The notes: a model not told the origin generated them from the letters alone. Numbered from the stretch's first letter, positions 1-11,685 are shown. The stretch: 64,000 nucleotides of DNA from Azolla caroliniana (GCA_043228905.1 JBHGNT010000014.1:3534001-3598000); one strand, 5' to 3'. Translations and numbers: made by a program.

Positions 1-430
1 TACTGGGATGGGTGACCTCCCGGGAAGTCCTGGGCACGGGTTGCGTTCTTTTCCCGCCGGAGCCGTTCCCGTGCGCGTGGGCCTCTTGGCATTCGTAGAG
101 GCGGACGAGAGCATAGGATGGGTGACGCGTAATGAGGGGCATTGTCATTCGGTGTGGGTTGAGAGTGTCATCCGTATCAACGAGAGGGCGTAAGAGGCTT
201 TATGGGGTGGGCATGAGTGGCGAGGTTCGAATCCGGGCAGGGGATATATATATATATATACAGGTAGTCTTTCTCTAGGATCCAAAGCCTTAGCCTTAGC
301 CTTCGCCGGCGCCCGTCGCGCGTGCGGTTGGGACGGTGACGTGGTGGGTCCCTCGATCTTAGTTGTCCTCGTAGAGCATTTTTGTGTAGGTTGGCATAGC
401 ATTAGTACCTCGGAACGCAGGGCACTGTCG

Positions 431-549
431 TGGTGCGGTCATACCAGCGCTAATACACCGGATCCCATCAGAACTCCGCAGTTCAGCGCGCTTGGGCTGG
501 AACAGTACTGGGATGGGTGACCTCCCGGGAAGTCCTGGTGCTGCACCCT
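431..549 (+). rRNA. 5S rRNA gene, full length
   Basis: GGTGCGGTCATACCAGCGCTAATACACCGGATCCCATCAGAACTCCGCAGTT...GGATGGGTGACCTCCCGGGAAGTCCTGGTGCTGCACCC matches the plant 5S consensus and is followed by T5. Confidence 0.95.
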
Positions 550-553
550 TTTT
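549..553 (+). terminator. Pol III oligo-T terminator (present after each full-length 5S copy)
   Basis: TTTTT immediately after GCACCC. Confidence 0.85.
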
Positions 554-580
554 GCTTCGAGTCGTGTTCTTTTCGTGCAA

Positions 581-615
581 AGTACTGGGATGGGTGACCT
601 CCCGGGAAGTCCTGG
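581..615 (+). repeat. Duplicated 3' part of the 5S gene (C-box region) in the spacer
   Basis: AGTACTGGGATGGGTGACCTCCCGGGAAGTCCTGG is identical to 504-538, at an offset of 77 bp. It recurs in the long units. Confidence 0.95.
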
Positions 616-1013
616 GCACGGGTTGCGTTCTTTTCCCGCCGGAGACCGTTCCCGTGCGCGTGGGCCTCTTGGCATTCGTAGAGGCGGACGAGAGCATAGG
701 ATGGGTGACGCGTAATGAGGGGCATTGTCATTCGGTGTGGGTTGAGAGTGTCATCCGTATCAACGAGAGGGCGTAAGAGGCTTTATGGGGTGGGCATGAG
801 TGGCGAGGTTCGAATCCGGGCAGGGGATATATATATATATATACAGGTAGTCTTTCTCTAGGATCCAAAGCCTTAGCCTTAGCCTTCGCCGGCGCCCGTC
901 GCGCGTGCGGTTGGGACGGTGACGTGGTGGGTCCCTCGATCTTAGTTGTCCTCGTAGAGAATATTTGTGTAGGTTGGCATAGAATTAGTACCTTGGAACG
1001 CAGGGCACTGTCA

Positions 1014-1132
1014 TGGTGGGGTCATACCAGCGCTAATACACCGGATCACATCAGAACTCCGCAGTTAAGGGCGCTTGGGCCATAACAGTACTGGGATGGG
1101 TGACCTCCCGGGAAGTCCTGGTGCTGCACCCT
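1014..1132 (+). rRNA. 5S rRNA gene copy with several substitutions
   Basis: Full-length match with variants (GGTGGGGTC, GGATCACATC, AAGGGCGC), followed by T5. Confidence 0.85.
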
Positions 1133-1405
1133 TTTTGCTTCGAGTCGTGTTCTTTTCGTGCACAGTACTGGGATGGGTGACCTCCCGGGAAGTCCTGGGC
1201 ACGGGTTGCGTTCTTTTCCCGCCGGAGCCGTTCCCGTGCGCGTGGGCCTCTTGGCATTCGTAGAGGCGGACTAGAGCATAGGATGGGTGACGCGTAATGA
1301 GGGGCATTGTCATTCGGTGTGGGTTGAGTGTGTCATCCGTATCAACGAGAGGGCGTAAGAGGCTTTATGGGGTGGGCATGAGTGGCGAGGTTCGAATCCG
1401 GGCAG

Positions 1406-1445
<40 letters not shown>

Positions 1446-1609
1446 GTCTTTCTCTAGGATCCAAAGCCTTAGCCTTAGCCTTCGCCGGCGCCCGTCGCGC
1501 GTGCGGTTGGGACGGTGACGTGGTGGGTCCCTCGATCTTAGTTGTCCTCGTAGAGCATTTTTGTGTAGGTTGGCATAGCATTAGTACCTCGGAACGCAGG
1601 GCACTGTCG

Positions 1610-1731
1610 TGGTGCGGTCATACCAGCGCTAATACACCGGATCCCATCAGAACTCCGCAGTTAAGCGCGCTTGGGCCAGAACAGTACTGGGATGGGTGAC
1701 CTCCTGGGAAGTCCTAGTAAATGCTGCTCCA
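1610..1731 (+). rRNA. 5S rRNA gene copy with altered 3' end
   Basis: Consensus body, but the 3' end reads GTCCTAGTAAATGCTGCTCCA-T5. Confidence 0.8.
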
Positions 1732-2191
1732 TTTTTGCTTCGAGTCGTGTTCTTTTCGTGCACAGTACTGGGATGGGTGACCTCCCGGGAAGTCGTGGGC
1801 ATGGGTTGCGTTCTTTTCCCGCCGGAGCCGTTCCCGTGCGCGTGGGCCTCTTGGCATTCGTAGAGGCGGACGAGAGCATAGGATGGGTGAAGCGTAATGA
1901 GGGGCATTGTCATTCGGTGTGGGTTGAGAGTGTCATCCGTATCAACGAGAGGGCGTAAGAGGCTTTATGGGGTGGGCATGAGTGGCGAGGTTCGAATCCG
2001 GGCAGGGGATATATATATATATATGTAGTCTTTCTTTAGGATCCAAAGCCTTAGCCTTAGCCTTCGCCGGCGCCCGTCGCGCGTGCGGTTGGGACGGTGA
2101 CGTGGTGGGTCCCTCGATTTTAGTTGTCCTCGTAGAGCATTTTTGTGTAGGTTGGCATAGCATTAGTACCTCGGAACACAGGGCACTGTTG

Positions 2192-2299
2192 TGGTCCGGT
2201 CATACCAGCGCTAATACACCGGATCCCATCAGAACTTAGCAGTTAAGCGCGCTTGGGCCAGAACAGTACTGGGATGGGTGACCTCCCGGGAAGTCCTGG
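2192..2299 (+). pseudogene. 3'-truncated 5S copy (short unit)
   Basis: The gene runs from AAGTCCTGG straight into spacer GCATGGGTTGCG, lacking TGCTGCACCC-T5. Confidence 0.9.
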
Positions 2300-2506
2300 G
2301 CATGGGTTGCGTTCTTTTCCCGCCGGAGCCGTTCCCGTGCGCGTGGGCCTCTTGGCATTCGTAGAGGCGGACGAGAGCATAGGATGGGTGAAGCGTAATG
2401 AGGGGCATTGTCATTCGGTTTGGGTTGAGAGTGTCATCCGTATCAACGAGAGGGCGTAAGAGGCTTTATGGGGTGGGCATGAGTGGCGAGGTTCGAATCC
2501 GGGCAG

Positions 2507-2542
<36 letters not shown>

Positions 2543-2704
2543 CCTTCTCTAGGATCCAAAGCCTTAGCGTTAGCCTTCGCCGACGCCCGTCGCGCTTGCG
2601 GTTAGGACGGTGACGTGGTGGGTCCCTCGATTTTAGTTGTCCTCGTAGAGCATTTTTTTGTAGGTTCGCATAGCATTATTACCTCGGAACGCAGGGCACT
2701 ATCC

Positions 2705-2824
2705 TGGTGCGGTCATACTAGAGCTAATACACCGGATCCCATTAGAAGTTCGCAGTTAAGCGGGCTTTGGCCAGAACAATACTGGCATGGGTGACCTCCC
2801 CGGGAAGTCCTGGTGCTGCACCCT
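2705..2824 (+). pseudogene. Degenerate 5S copy
   Basis: Many substitutions and a 1-nt insertion relative to the array consensus. Confidence 0.85.
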
Positions 2825-3100
2825 TTTTGCTTCGAGTCTTGTTCTTTTCGTGCACAGTATTGGGATGGGGGACCTCCCGGGAAGTCCTTGGCATGGGTTG
2901 CTTTTTTTTCCCGCCGGAGCCGTTCTCGTGCGCGTGGGCCTCTTGGCATTCGTAGAGGCGGACGAGAGCATAGGATGGGTGAAGCGTAATGAGGGGCATT
3001 GTCATTCGGTGTGGGTTGAGAGTGTCATCCGGATCAACGAGACGGCATAAGAGGCTTTATGGGGTGGGCATGAGTGGCGAGGTTCGAATCCGGGCAGGGG

Positions 3101-3132
<32 letters not shown>

Positions 3133-3291
3133 TCTCTAGGATCCAAAGCCTTAGCCTTAGTCTTCGCCGGCGCCCGTCGCGCGTGCAGTTGGGACGGTGA
3201 CGTGGTGGGTCCCTCTATTTTAGTTGTCCTCGTAGAGTAGTTTTGTGTAGGTGTGCATAGCATTAGTACCTCAGAACGCAGGGCAGTGTCG

Positions 3292-3399
3292 TGGTGCGGT
3301 CATACTAGCGCTAATACACCGGATCCCATCAGAATTCCGCAGTTAAGCGCGCTTGGGCCAGAACAGTACTGGGATGGTTGACCTCCCGGGAAGTCCTGG
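3292..3399 (+). pseudogene. 3'-truncated 5S copy (short unit)
   Basis: Same 77-bp deletion as the copy at 2192. Confidence 0.9.
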
Positions 3400-3609
3400 G
3401 CATGGGTTGCGTTCTTTTCCCGCCGGAGCCATTCCCGTGCGCGTGGGCCTCTTGGCATTCGTAGAGGCAGACGAGAGCATAGGATGGGTGAAGCGTAATG
3501 AGGGGCATTGTCATTCGGTGTGGGTTGAGAGTGTCATCCGTATCAACGAGAGGGCGTAAGAGGCTTTATGGGGTGGGCATGAGTGGCGAGGTTCGAATCC
3601 GGGCAGGGG

Positions 3610-3640
<31 letters not shown>

Positions 3641-3804
3641 GTCTTTCTCTAGGATCCAAAGCCTTAGCCTTAGCCTTCGCCGGTGCCCGTCGCGCGTGCG
3701 GTTGGGACGGTGACGTGGTGGGTCCCTCGATCTTAGTTGTCCTCGTAGAGCATTTTTGTGTAGGTTGGCATAGCATTAGTACCTCAGAACGCAGGGCAGT
3801 GTCG

Positions 3805-3912
3805 TGGTGCGGTCATACCAGCGCTAATACACCGGATCCCATCAGAATTCCGCAGTTAAGCGCGCTTGGGCCAGAACAGTACTGGGATGGTTGACCTCCC
3901 GGGAAGTCCTGG
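3805..3912 (+). pseudogene. 3'-truncated 5S copy (short unit)
   Basis: Same deletion. Shares GAATTCC and GGATGGTTGA variants with the 3292 copy. Confidence 0.9.
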
Positions 3913-4322
3913 GCATGGGTTGCGTTCTTTTCCTGCCGGAGCCGTTCCCGTGCGCGTGGGCCTCTTGGCATTCGTAGAGGCGGACGAGAGCATAGGATGG
4001 GTGACGCGTAATGAGGGGCATTGTCATTCGGTGTGGGTTGAGAGTGTCATCCGTATCAACGAGAGGGCGTAAGAGGCTTTATGGGGTGGGCATGAGTGGC
4101 GAGGTTCGAATCCGGGCAGGGGATATATATATATATATATGTAGTCTTTCTCTAGGATCCAAAGCCTTAGCCTTAGCCTTCGCCGGCGCCCGTCGCGCGT
4201 GCGGTTGGGACGGTGACGTGGTGGGTCCCTCGATCTTAGTTGTCCTCGTAGAGCATTTTTGTGTAGGTTGGCATAGCAGTAGTACCTCGGAACGCAGGGC
4301 ACTCTTGTGGTGCGGTCATACC

Positions 4323-7300
4323 TGTTGTGTAAAGGCGTCCCTCCTTGCGGGGGAGTTGGCCGAAAAGTCGACTTGAGTGTCGACTGGTTGAAATCGGCCG
4401 AAAAGCCGAAAGGAGTCGAATTACAGAAATCGGCCGAAAAACCGAATTACCGAATTTGGTCGAAATTCGGAAAGTAAAAGAATAGTCGGTTGCGAAGAAC
4501 TTAATCGGGGGTTAGCTGATCGAATTCGGTGAGAGAGTCAAATTCGTATTCAGTCGAATAGACACACATATACATATACATATGTCTTCTACATTCAAAG
4601 AAGAAAATGACTTAGTATATATATGCTAACAGGCCTGGTAGTTCGCGTGTATGCGGGATAACTCACTAAGAGTGAAATAGTGAGAAAAGGGGAAAACCTA
4701 CATAGCGTATGTGAGGGTGTGAGATATATATATATATATATATATCTGAGAGAAAAACGAGTTGTGTGTGTGTGGTAAATCTGAGAACGACTGGTTTTCT
4801 GCACAGTAGTGGCTGTGTAAGAGTATACGTACTCAGAAGCTAAGTAAGAAGAAAAGAAGTGTGAAGCAAAAGAGAAAAAGACAGAGAAGCTTCGGAAGCT
4901 TCGGAAGGAATAGTCACGTGCGTGCTAGAGTTTGAAGAGTGTGACTGAAATCGTGGTTTCAGTACATGCTCATACCAAATCAAGTTTCATTGTTCTGTGA
5001 TTGTATTCTGTCATTTCTCATAGTGAAATTTCTGTTCCGTGGTTTTTCCCTAAATCAGGGTTTTCCACGTAAATTGTGTGTTCTTTCTTATTTCCTGTTT
5101 GTGTCTAAGTTCAATTTCTGTCTAAGCAGGTCAATTTCTTGGGGTACTCGGAAGACGAGTTCGGGTACAGAATGTGGGATCTCCTTGACAAGAAAGTGAT
5201 AAGAAGTCGAGATGTCATATTCATGGAAGACAAGACAATCGAGGACTGGGAGCAACAAAGACCAGAGTCGTCTCCCAAATCGATCACTGCTATGGAGTCA
5301 ATACTAGTCGATCTGACTCCCACACAACAATCGGCTAATGAAATTGAATTTGAGTCAGTCGACACCCAACAACAATCTGAGTCGGTCAACACCCAACATC
5401 TGACTGATACACACGAATTGGAGTCGGAAGATGAGTTGCTGGAAGAAAATGACCATCAGCCAATTATTGAAGGGAGAAGATATCCACGAAGACAAAGGAA
5501 GGTCTCTTCTAGATATCCAGCCAGTCAATATGTTCTCTTGACTGATGAAGGGGAACCAGAATGCTATGAAGAGGCCATGACTGATGTACACAAGGAGAAA
5601 TGGTATAATGCCATGCAAGAAGAAATGGATTCCTTGCATGAGAACCTAACTTATGAGCTGATGGAGTTGCCTAATGGTAAGAAGGCACTTAGAAACAAAT
5701 GGGTCTGCAAATTAAAGACTGGTGAAGATGGTAGTACACCCAGGTATAAGGCCTGTATCGTCGTAAAGGGTTTCCAACAGAAAAAGGGTGTTGACTTTAA
5801 TAAGATTTTTGCCCCAGTTGTAAAAATGACCTCTATTCGGACTGTCTTGAGTATGGCCGCTAGTATGAATCTTGAAATCGAACAACTAGATGTTAAAACA
5901 ACCTTCTTGCATGGTGAGCTAGAAGAGGAAATCTATATGCAACAACCGGAGGGCTTTGAGGTAAAAGGAAAATAAAATCTCGTGTGTAGGTTGAAGAAAA
6001 GCTTGTATGGTTTAAAGCAAGCTCCACGACAATGGTATAAGAAATTTGAGTCCTTCATGTTGGAACATGGATTCCACAAAACACAAGCCGATCATTGTGT
6101 ATTTGTGAAAAGGTATAATGAGGGTGACTTTCTTATTCTGTTGTTGTATGTGGATGATATGTTGGTTGTTGGACAGGATGTCAAAAAGATTGCAAGCTTG
6201 AAGAAATCATTGAGCAAATCATTTGCCATGAAAGACTTAGGACCGGCAAAACAGATTTTGGTAATGCATATAGTCTGGGACAGGACTGAAAACTTGCTAT
6301 GGCTGTCACAAGAGAAATATGTGACAAAAGTTTTGCAAAGGTTTAATATGTGCGATGCAAAATCGGTCGGATCTCCATTGCCAATGGACTGTAAGTTAAA
6401 TTCAGGACAATGTCCGAAATCTGAGAAAGATAAGGCAGAGATGAGAAGAGTGTCGTATGCCTCCACGGTTGGTAGCCTTATGTATGCTATGGTTTGCACA
6501 AGGCCGGACATTGCATTTGCTGTCGGGACAGTTAGTCGATACATGGGAAATCCTGGAAGGGAGCATTGGGAAGCTGTGAAATGGATTCTTAGATACCTCA
6601 AAGGAACTTCGAATGTATGTCTTAGATATGGCTCCGGGAAACCTGTGCTAGAAGGTTTTACAGATTCTGATATGTCGGGTGATGTAGATTCTAGCCGATC
6701 CACATCAGGGTATGTGATGACGTATTCAGGGGGAGCTGTGTCATGGCAATCAAGATTGCAAAAGGTTGTGGCTTTGTCTACCACCGAGGCTGAGTATATC
6801 GCTGCAGTGGAAGCCGGAAAAGAACTGATTTGGATGAGAGAGTTCTTGAATGAACTAGGATTGAAGCAAGACAAGTACTTACTTCATTGTGACAATCAAA
6901 GTGCTATCCATCTGGCTAAAAATGCTACCTACCACTCTCGTACAAAGCACATTCAATGAAGGTACCATTGGTTAAGAGAAAGAGTGGAAGAAAATGAGTT
7001 TGTTCTATCTAAGATCCCCACTGAAGAAAATGGCTCAGACATGCTCACAAAAATTTTGCCTATGGAAAAACTTGTTGCATGCCGGAATAAGATTGGCTTG
7101 GTTGGTTCTCCCCCTACAGGAGTGAAGGGGGAGTTTGTTGTGTAAAGGCGTCCCTCCTTGCAGGGGAGTCGGCTGAAAAGTCGACCTGAGTGTCGACTGG
7201 TTGAAATCGGCCGAAAAGCCGAAAGGAGTCGAATTACCGAAATCGGCCGAAAAACCGAATTACCGAATTTGGTCGAAATTCGGAAAGTAAAAGAATAGTC

Positions 7301-7956
7301 GGTTGAGAAGAACCAAATCGGGGGTTAGCTGATCGAATTCGATGAGAGAGTCAAATTCGTATTCAGTCGAATAGACACACATATACATATACATATGTCT
7401 TCTACATTCAAAGAAGAAAATGACTTAATATATATATGCTAACAGGCCTGGTAGTGCGCGTGTATGCGGGATAACTCACTAAGAGTGAAATAGTGAGAAA
7501 AGGGGAAAACCTACATAGCGTATGTGAGGGTGTGAGATATATATATATATATATCTGAGAGAAAAACGAGTTGTGTGTGTGTGGTAAATCTGAGAACGAC
7601 TGGTTTTCTGCACAGTAGTGGCTGTGTAAGAGTATACGTACTCAGAAGCTAAGTAAGAAGAAAAGAAGTGTGAAGCAAAAGAGAAAAAGACAGAGAAGCT
7701 TCGGAAGCTTCGGAAGGAATAGTCACGTGCGTGCTAGAGTTTGAAGAGCTTGACTGAAATCGTGGTTTCAGTACATGCTCATACCAAATCAAGTTTCATT
7801 GTTCTGTGATTGTATTCTGTCATTTCTCATAGTGAAATTTCTGTTCCGTGGTTTTTCCCTAAATCAGGGTTTTCCACGTAAATTGTGTGTTCTTTCTTAT
7901 TTCCTGTTTGCGTCTAAGTTCAATTTCTGTTTTTGAATCAAAGTGAAACTCTTTCA
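4323..7956 (+). mobile_element. Internally deleted Ty1/copia LTR retrotransposon (Tnt1/Tork-like)
   Basis: LTRs 4323-5121 (3'-truncated) and 7136-7956 (TG...CA). 5-bp TSD ATACC. PPT GGAGTGAAGGGGGAG at about 7119-7133. PBS, gag and protease are missing. Confidence 0.95.
5136..7125 (+). pseudogene. Copia pol remnant (integrase C-terminus, RT, RNase H) with stops
   Basis: Motifs LGYSEDEFGYR, QLDVKTTFLHG, LYGLKQAPRQW, LLYVDDML, LSTTEAEY and HSRTKHI. Stop codons at 5973 and 6957. Confidence 0.93.
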
Positions 7957-8528
7957 ATACCAGTGCTAATACACCGGATCCCGTCAGAACTCCGCAGTTA
8001 AGCGCGCTTGGGCCAGAACAGTACTGGGATGGGTGACCTCCCGGGAAGTCCTGGTGCTGCACCCTTTTTGCTTCGAGTCGTGTTCTTTTCGTGCACAGTA
8101 CTAGGATGGGTGACCTCCCGGGAAGTCCTGGGCACGTGTTGCGTTCTTTTCCCGCCGGAGCCGTTCCCGTGCGCGTGGGCCTCTTGGCATTCGTAGAGGC
8201 GGACGAGAGCATAGGATGGGTGACGCGTAATGAGGGGCATTGTCATTCGGTGTGGGTTGAGAGTGTCATCCGTATCAACGAGAGGGCGTAAGAGGCTTTA
8301 TGGGGTGGGCATGAGTGGCGAGGTTCGAATCCGGGCAGGGGATATATATATATATATATATGTAGTCTTTCTCTAGGATCCAAAGCCTTAGCCTTAGCCT
8401 TCGCCGGCGCTCGTCACGCGTGCGGTTGGGACGGTGACGTGGTGGGTCCCTCGATTTTAGTTGTCCTCGTAGAGCATTTTTGTGTAGGTCCGTATAGCAT
8501 TAGTACCTCGGAGCGCAGGGCACTGTCG

Positions 8529-8647
8529 TGGTCCGGTCATACCAGCGCCAATACACCGGATCCCATCAGTACTCCCTAGTTAAGCGCGCTTGGGTGAGAA
8601 CAGTATTGTTATGGGTGACCTCCCGGGAAGTCCTTGTGCTGCACCCT
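8529..8647 (+). pseudogene. Degenerate 5S copy
   Basis: Full length but with many substitutions. Confidence 0.85.
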
Positions 8648-9839
8648 TTTCGCTTCGAGTCTTGTTCTTCTTGTGCACAGTACTAGGATGGGCGACCTCC
8701 CGGGAAGTCCTGGGCATGGGTTGCGTTCTTTTCCCGCCGGAGCCGTTCCCGTGTGCGCGGGCCTCTTGGCATTCGTAGAGGCGGGCGAGAGCATAGGATG
8801 GGTTAAGCGTAATGAGGGGCATTGTCATTCAGTGTGGGTTGAGAGTGTCATCCGGATCAACGAGAGGGCGTAAGAGGCTTTATGGGGTGGGCATGAGTGG
8901 CGAGGTTCGAATCCGGGGCAGGGGATATATATATATGTAGTCTTTCTCTAGGATCCAAAGCCTTAGCCTTAGCCTTCGCCGGCGCCTGTCGCGCGTGCGG
9001 TTGCGACGGTGACGTGGTGGGTCCCTCGATTTTAGTTGTCCTCGTAGAGTATTTTTGTGGAGGTTCGTATAGCATTAGTACCTCGGAACGCAAGGCACTG
9101 TCGTGGTGCGGTCATACCAGCGCTAATACACCGGTGTCGTAGTGTACTCCACACTCTACGTGAAAACCATAAAATAATATATCCGATTTTAGATACATAT
9201 AAATAAATAAATAATATATCAAAATATATATCACTTGCATAGGGTAGGATTCGAACCCTGCACCTCTAGGTAGATAAACTTCAACTTTACCATTGTAATA
9301 ACTTATCTTTAGCGTTATGTATAGATTTAATACGTATAACGCCTTTATTTATACATACCTTTATTAAAAGGTAAAAATCATGTATTTTTTAGGGTGTGAA
9401 TATTTTATTTACACGTGACATTAAAAGTGACTCATGCACATCTAGCGTGCATGAGCCCTATACTTAGGAAATGACAATGCATCACATGCACATTTAGTGT
9501 GCATGGATACTTTAGGTGAAAAAGCATGAAGCAATGCTTAGCCTCTTCCATCTTTATATATGGAGGAGAGAAATATGTATAAGGTTGTTGATTAATATAC
9601 AAGGATTGATCAATCTAATATATTCGTGGGATTCACGAATTTTGCCATCAAAATTACTCTTATAATCTAAATATTGTTTTAAATACACTAAACTCGTGGG
9701 ATTCACGAGATCGCTATCTTACTTCTCTTTCTACTATTCATAACTAGCCTTAAGTGTATTCCTCTTCCTCCTAGTCCAAAACCTCGGCGGTTCCCACCGG
9801 ACTCACGCAACGATCCGGAGCCGAAAGGCACGACACAGT

Positions 9840-9856
9840 TGGTGAACCCGACGTGA
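9840..9856 (+). promoter_or_regulatory. Primer binding site complementary to tRNA-Trp
   Basis: TGGTGAACCCGACGTGA is the reverse complement of the plant tRNA-Trp 3' end (TCACGTCGGGTTCACCA). Confidence 0.85.
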
Positions 9857-10669
9857 AGACCGGGTGGCAAGGAGATGGAAAATCAACCGGAGGCTAGTAA
9901 CATGATGATGATGTTCGAGCGCATGCTACAAGAACAACGCGCGATGTCGGAGATAGCGACATCAGTGGAGCGGCTCGTGCAACGAAACGGGCAATTCAAC
10001 GGGAAAGGCGTGTCGCGGTGTCTTCGGGACTACAAGGCGGAGATGGTACGGTGCGGAATACTTTATTTTTAGGTTCATGTTTCTAGATTTAGATTTCATG
10101 TTTGTTAGTTTTCGGGTTATGTTTTTTGTTTTAGTGTTTATGTTTCTAATCTTAGTGTTTTAAACCCCCACCCCTCTTCCTTTTTGTTATTCCTAATCAT
10201 GCCGGCTCCCTCTCCTTTCTTCTACCTCGTCTTCGATTCGGGTGCGCTCAAATCGAGCGTGGTGTTCCTCTTCGCCTACCTCTACCCGCCGATTATCGAC
10301 CATTCCGCACTCCTTGTTCCGACCGTAAGGTCCATAAACTTACAATAGCTATTTCTTCTATGGAGGCTCGTGTATCAGGGATAGGCACCCACATCGAGCG
10401 AGCATCGTTGTCGACCACCGAGCCCTCGATCGTGATGAGTGCCCCCGCAAAACGTTACGTGGCATTTGCGAATGGCGTCATCGACTTTCTTCTTCTCCTC
10501 CTCTGTTCTCGACATCCCCCTCGTACACATCGCTCCCCGTCATCCCTCGCATACAACCCTCTTTTGTAACACACGAGACTACATATTGTAGCCGTGAAAT
10601 CTCTACTTAAGCTTTAATTTTTGTTTTTCGATAGGACATGCTCAGGACTACTTTTTTTAGTAGCCGAAG

Positions 10670-11240
10670 TTTTTGTACTTTTCAAAACTCTACCTCTACC
10701 CCCCCCCTCACTTTCCTAGACTACCCTCCCCCTCATTTCCCCCTAATTACCACCGTACCCCTCTCGCTACTTTTCAAAATTAGTACGCTACCCTTCCCCT
10801 CACTTTTCCCTAATTACTACCCTACCATTCCCTTGACTTTTCAAAATTACCATCGTACCCCTCTCTCTACTTTTCAAAATTACTAGCCTACCCTTCCCCT
10901 CACTTTTCCCTAATCACCACCCTACCCTTCCCTCAACTTTTCAAAATTACCACCGTACCCCTCTCTCTACCTTTCAAAATTACTACCCTACCCTTCCCCT
11001 CACTTTTCCCTAATCACCACCCTACCCTTCCCTCGAGTTTTCAAAATTACCACCGTATCCCTCTCTCTACTTTTCAAAATTATTACCCTACCCTTCCGTC
11101 GACTTTTCAAAATTACCACCCTACCCTTCCCCTCATTTTCCCCTAATTTCCACCTTACCCCTCCCATTACCCTTTAGGTTAATACCCTCCTACCCACCCT
11201 ACCCCTACCCTCACTTTTGAAAATACCCTCCCCTACTTTT
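10670..11240 (+). repeat. C-rich ~30-bp tandem repeats
   Basis: Alternating TTTTCAAAATTACCACCGTACCCCTCTC and CCCTACCCTTCCCCTCACTTTTCCCTAA units. Confidence 0.85.
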
Positions 11241-11685
11241 TATATTTTCACTTCTAGCACTCCCCTCATCTAAACCCATACTTATCCCTATCCTTACCCC
11301 TCATCTCTCTTAACTCTACCTTCCCCTTCTCTCTTCCTTTTTAACCCATACATTCCCCTCTCTCTTACTTTTTAACCCCACACGTGTGCCCACATCACCA
11401 TTCCCTTTTCTCTAGCTTATAACAACTTTACCCCTCCTTCCTTAAACATGCACATGCACGTGTGCACATCCCTTACCCCTCTCTCTCACTTCTCCCTACA
11501 CTCTTTCCCATACCCTCTCACTCCTTCCCTCTTACCATTCCCTTTTCCCTATCCTTAAAAAACCTTAAAACTTACATCCCACTATCTTTTTCTCCCTTAA
11601 ATGTGCACATATGCACATAGCACACCCCTACCCCCCACTCCCAACTTTGATCCCACATCCTCACTATACCCCTCTCCTTAAATCC

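Larger units (their letters stand above)
4308..8065 (+). pseudogene. 5S gene split by a copia insertion (4308-4322 and 7957-8065)
   Basis: The two 5S halves flank the element, with a duplicated ATACC. Confidence 0.93.

Noticed and set aside
286-308. (GCCTTA)3 as a telomeric repeat
   Set aside because: Only three units and not TTTAGGG-type.
431-1013. Cassandra TRIM (5S-containing LTRs)
   Set aside because: The units hold complete 5S genes with terminators and have no TG..CA LTR, PBS or PPT.
1-4320. Many short ORFs in the 5S units
   Set aside because: Incidental translations of rDNA repeats with no protein motifs.
4886-4908. GAAGCTTCGGAAGCTTCGGAAG as a heat-shock element
   Set aside because: The TTC-to-GAA spacing is 1 nt, which breaks the nGAAn register.
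6092-6874. Long antisense ORFs over pol genes (also 14633-15361, 16969-17481)
   Set aside because: Shadow frames of retrotransposon coding sequence.
10432-10462. Second hammerhead (GTGATGAG...AAAAC)
   Set aside because: Both core boxes are mismatched and no stem I pairing is visible.
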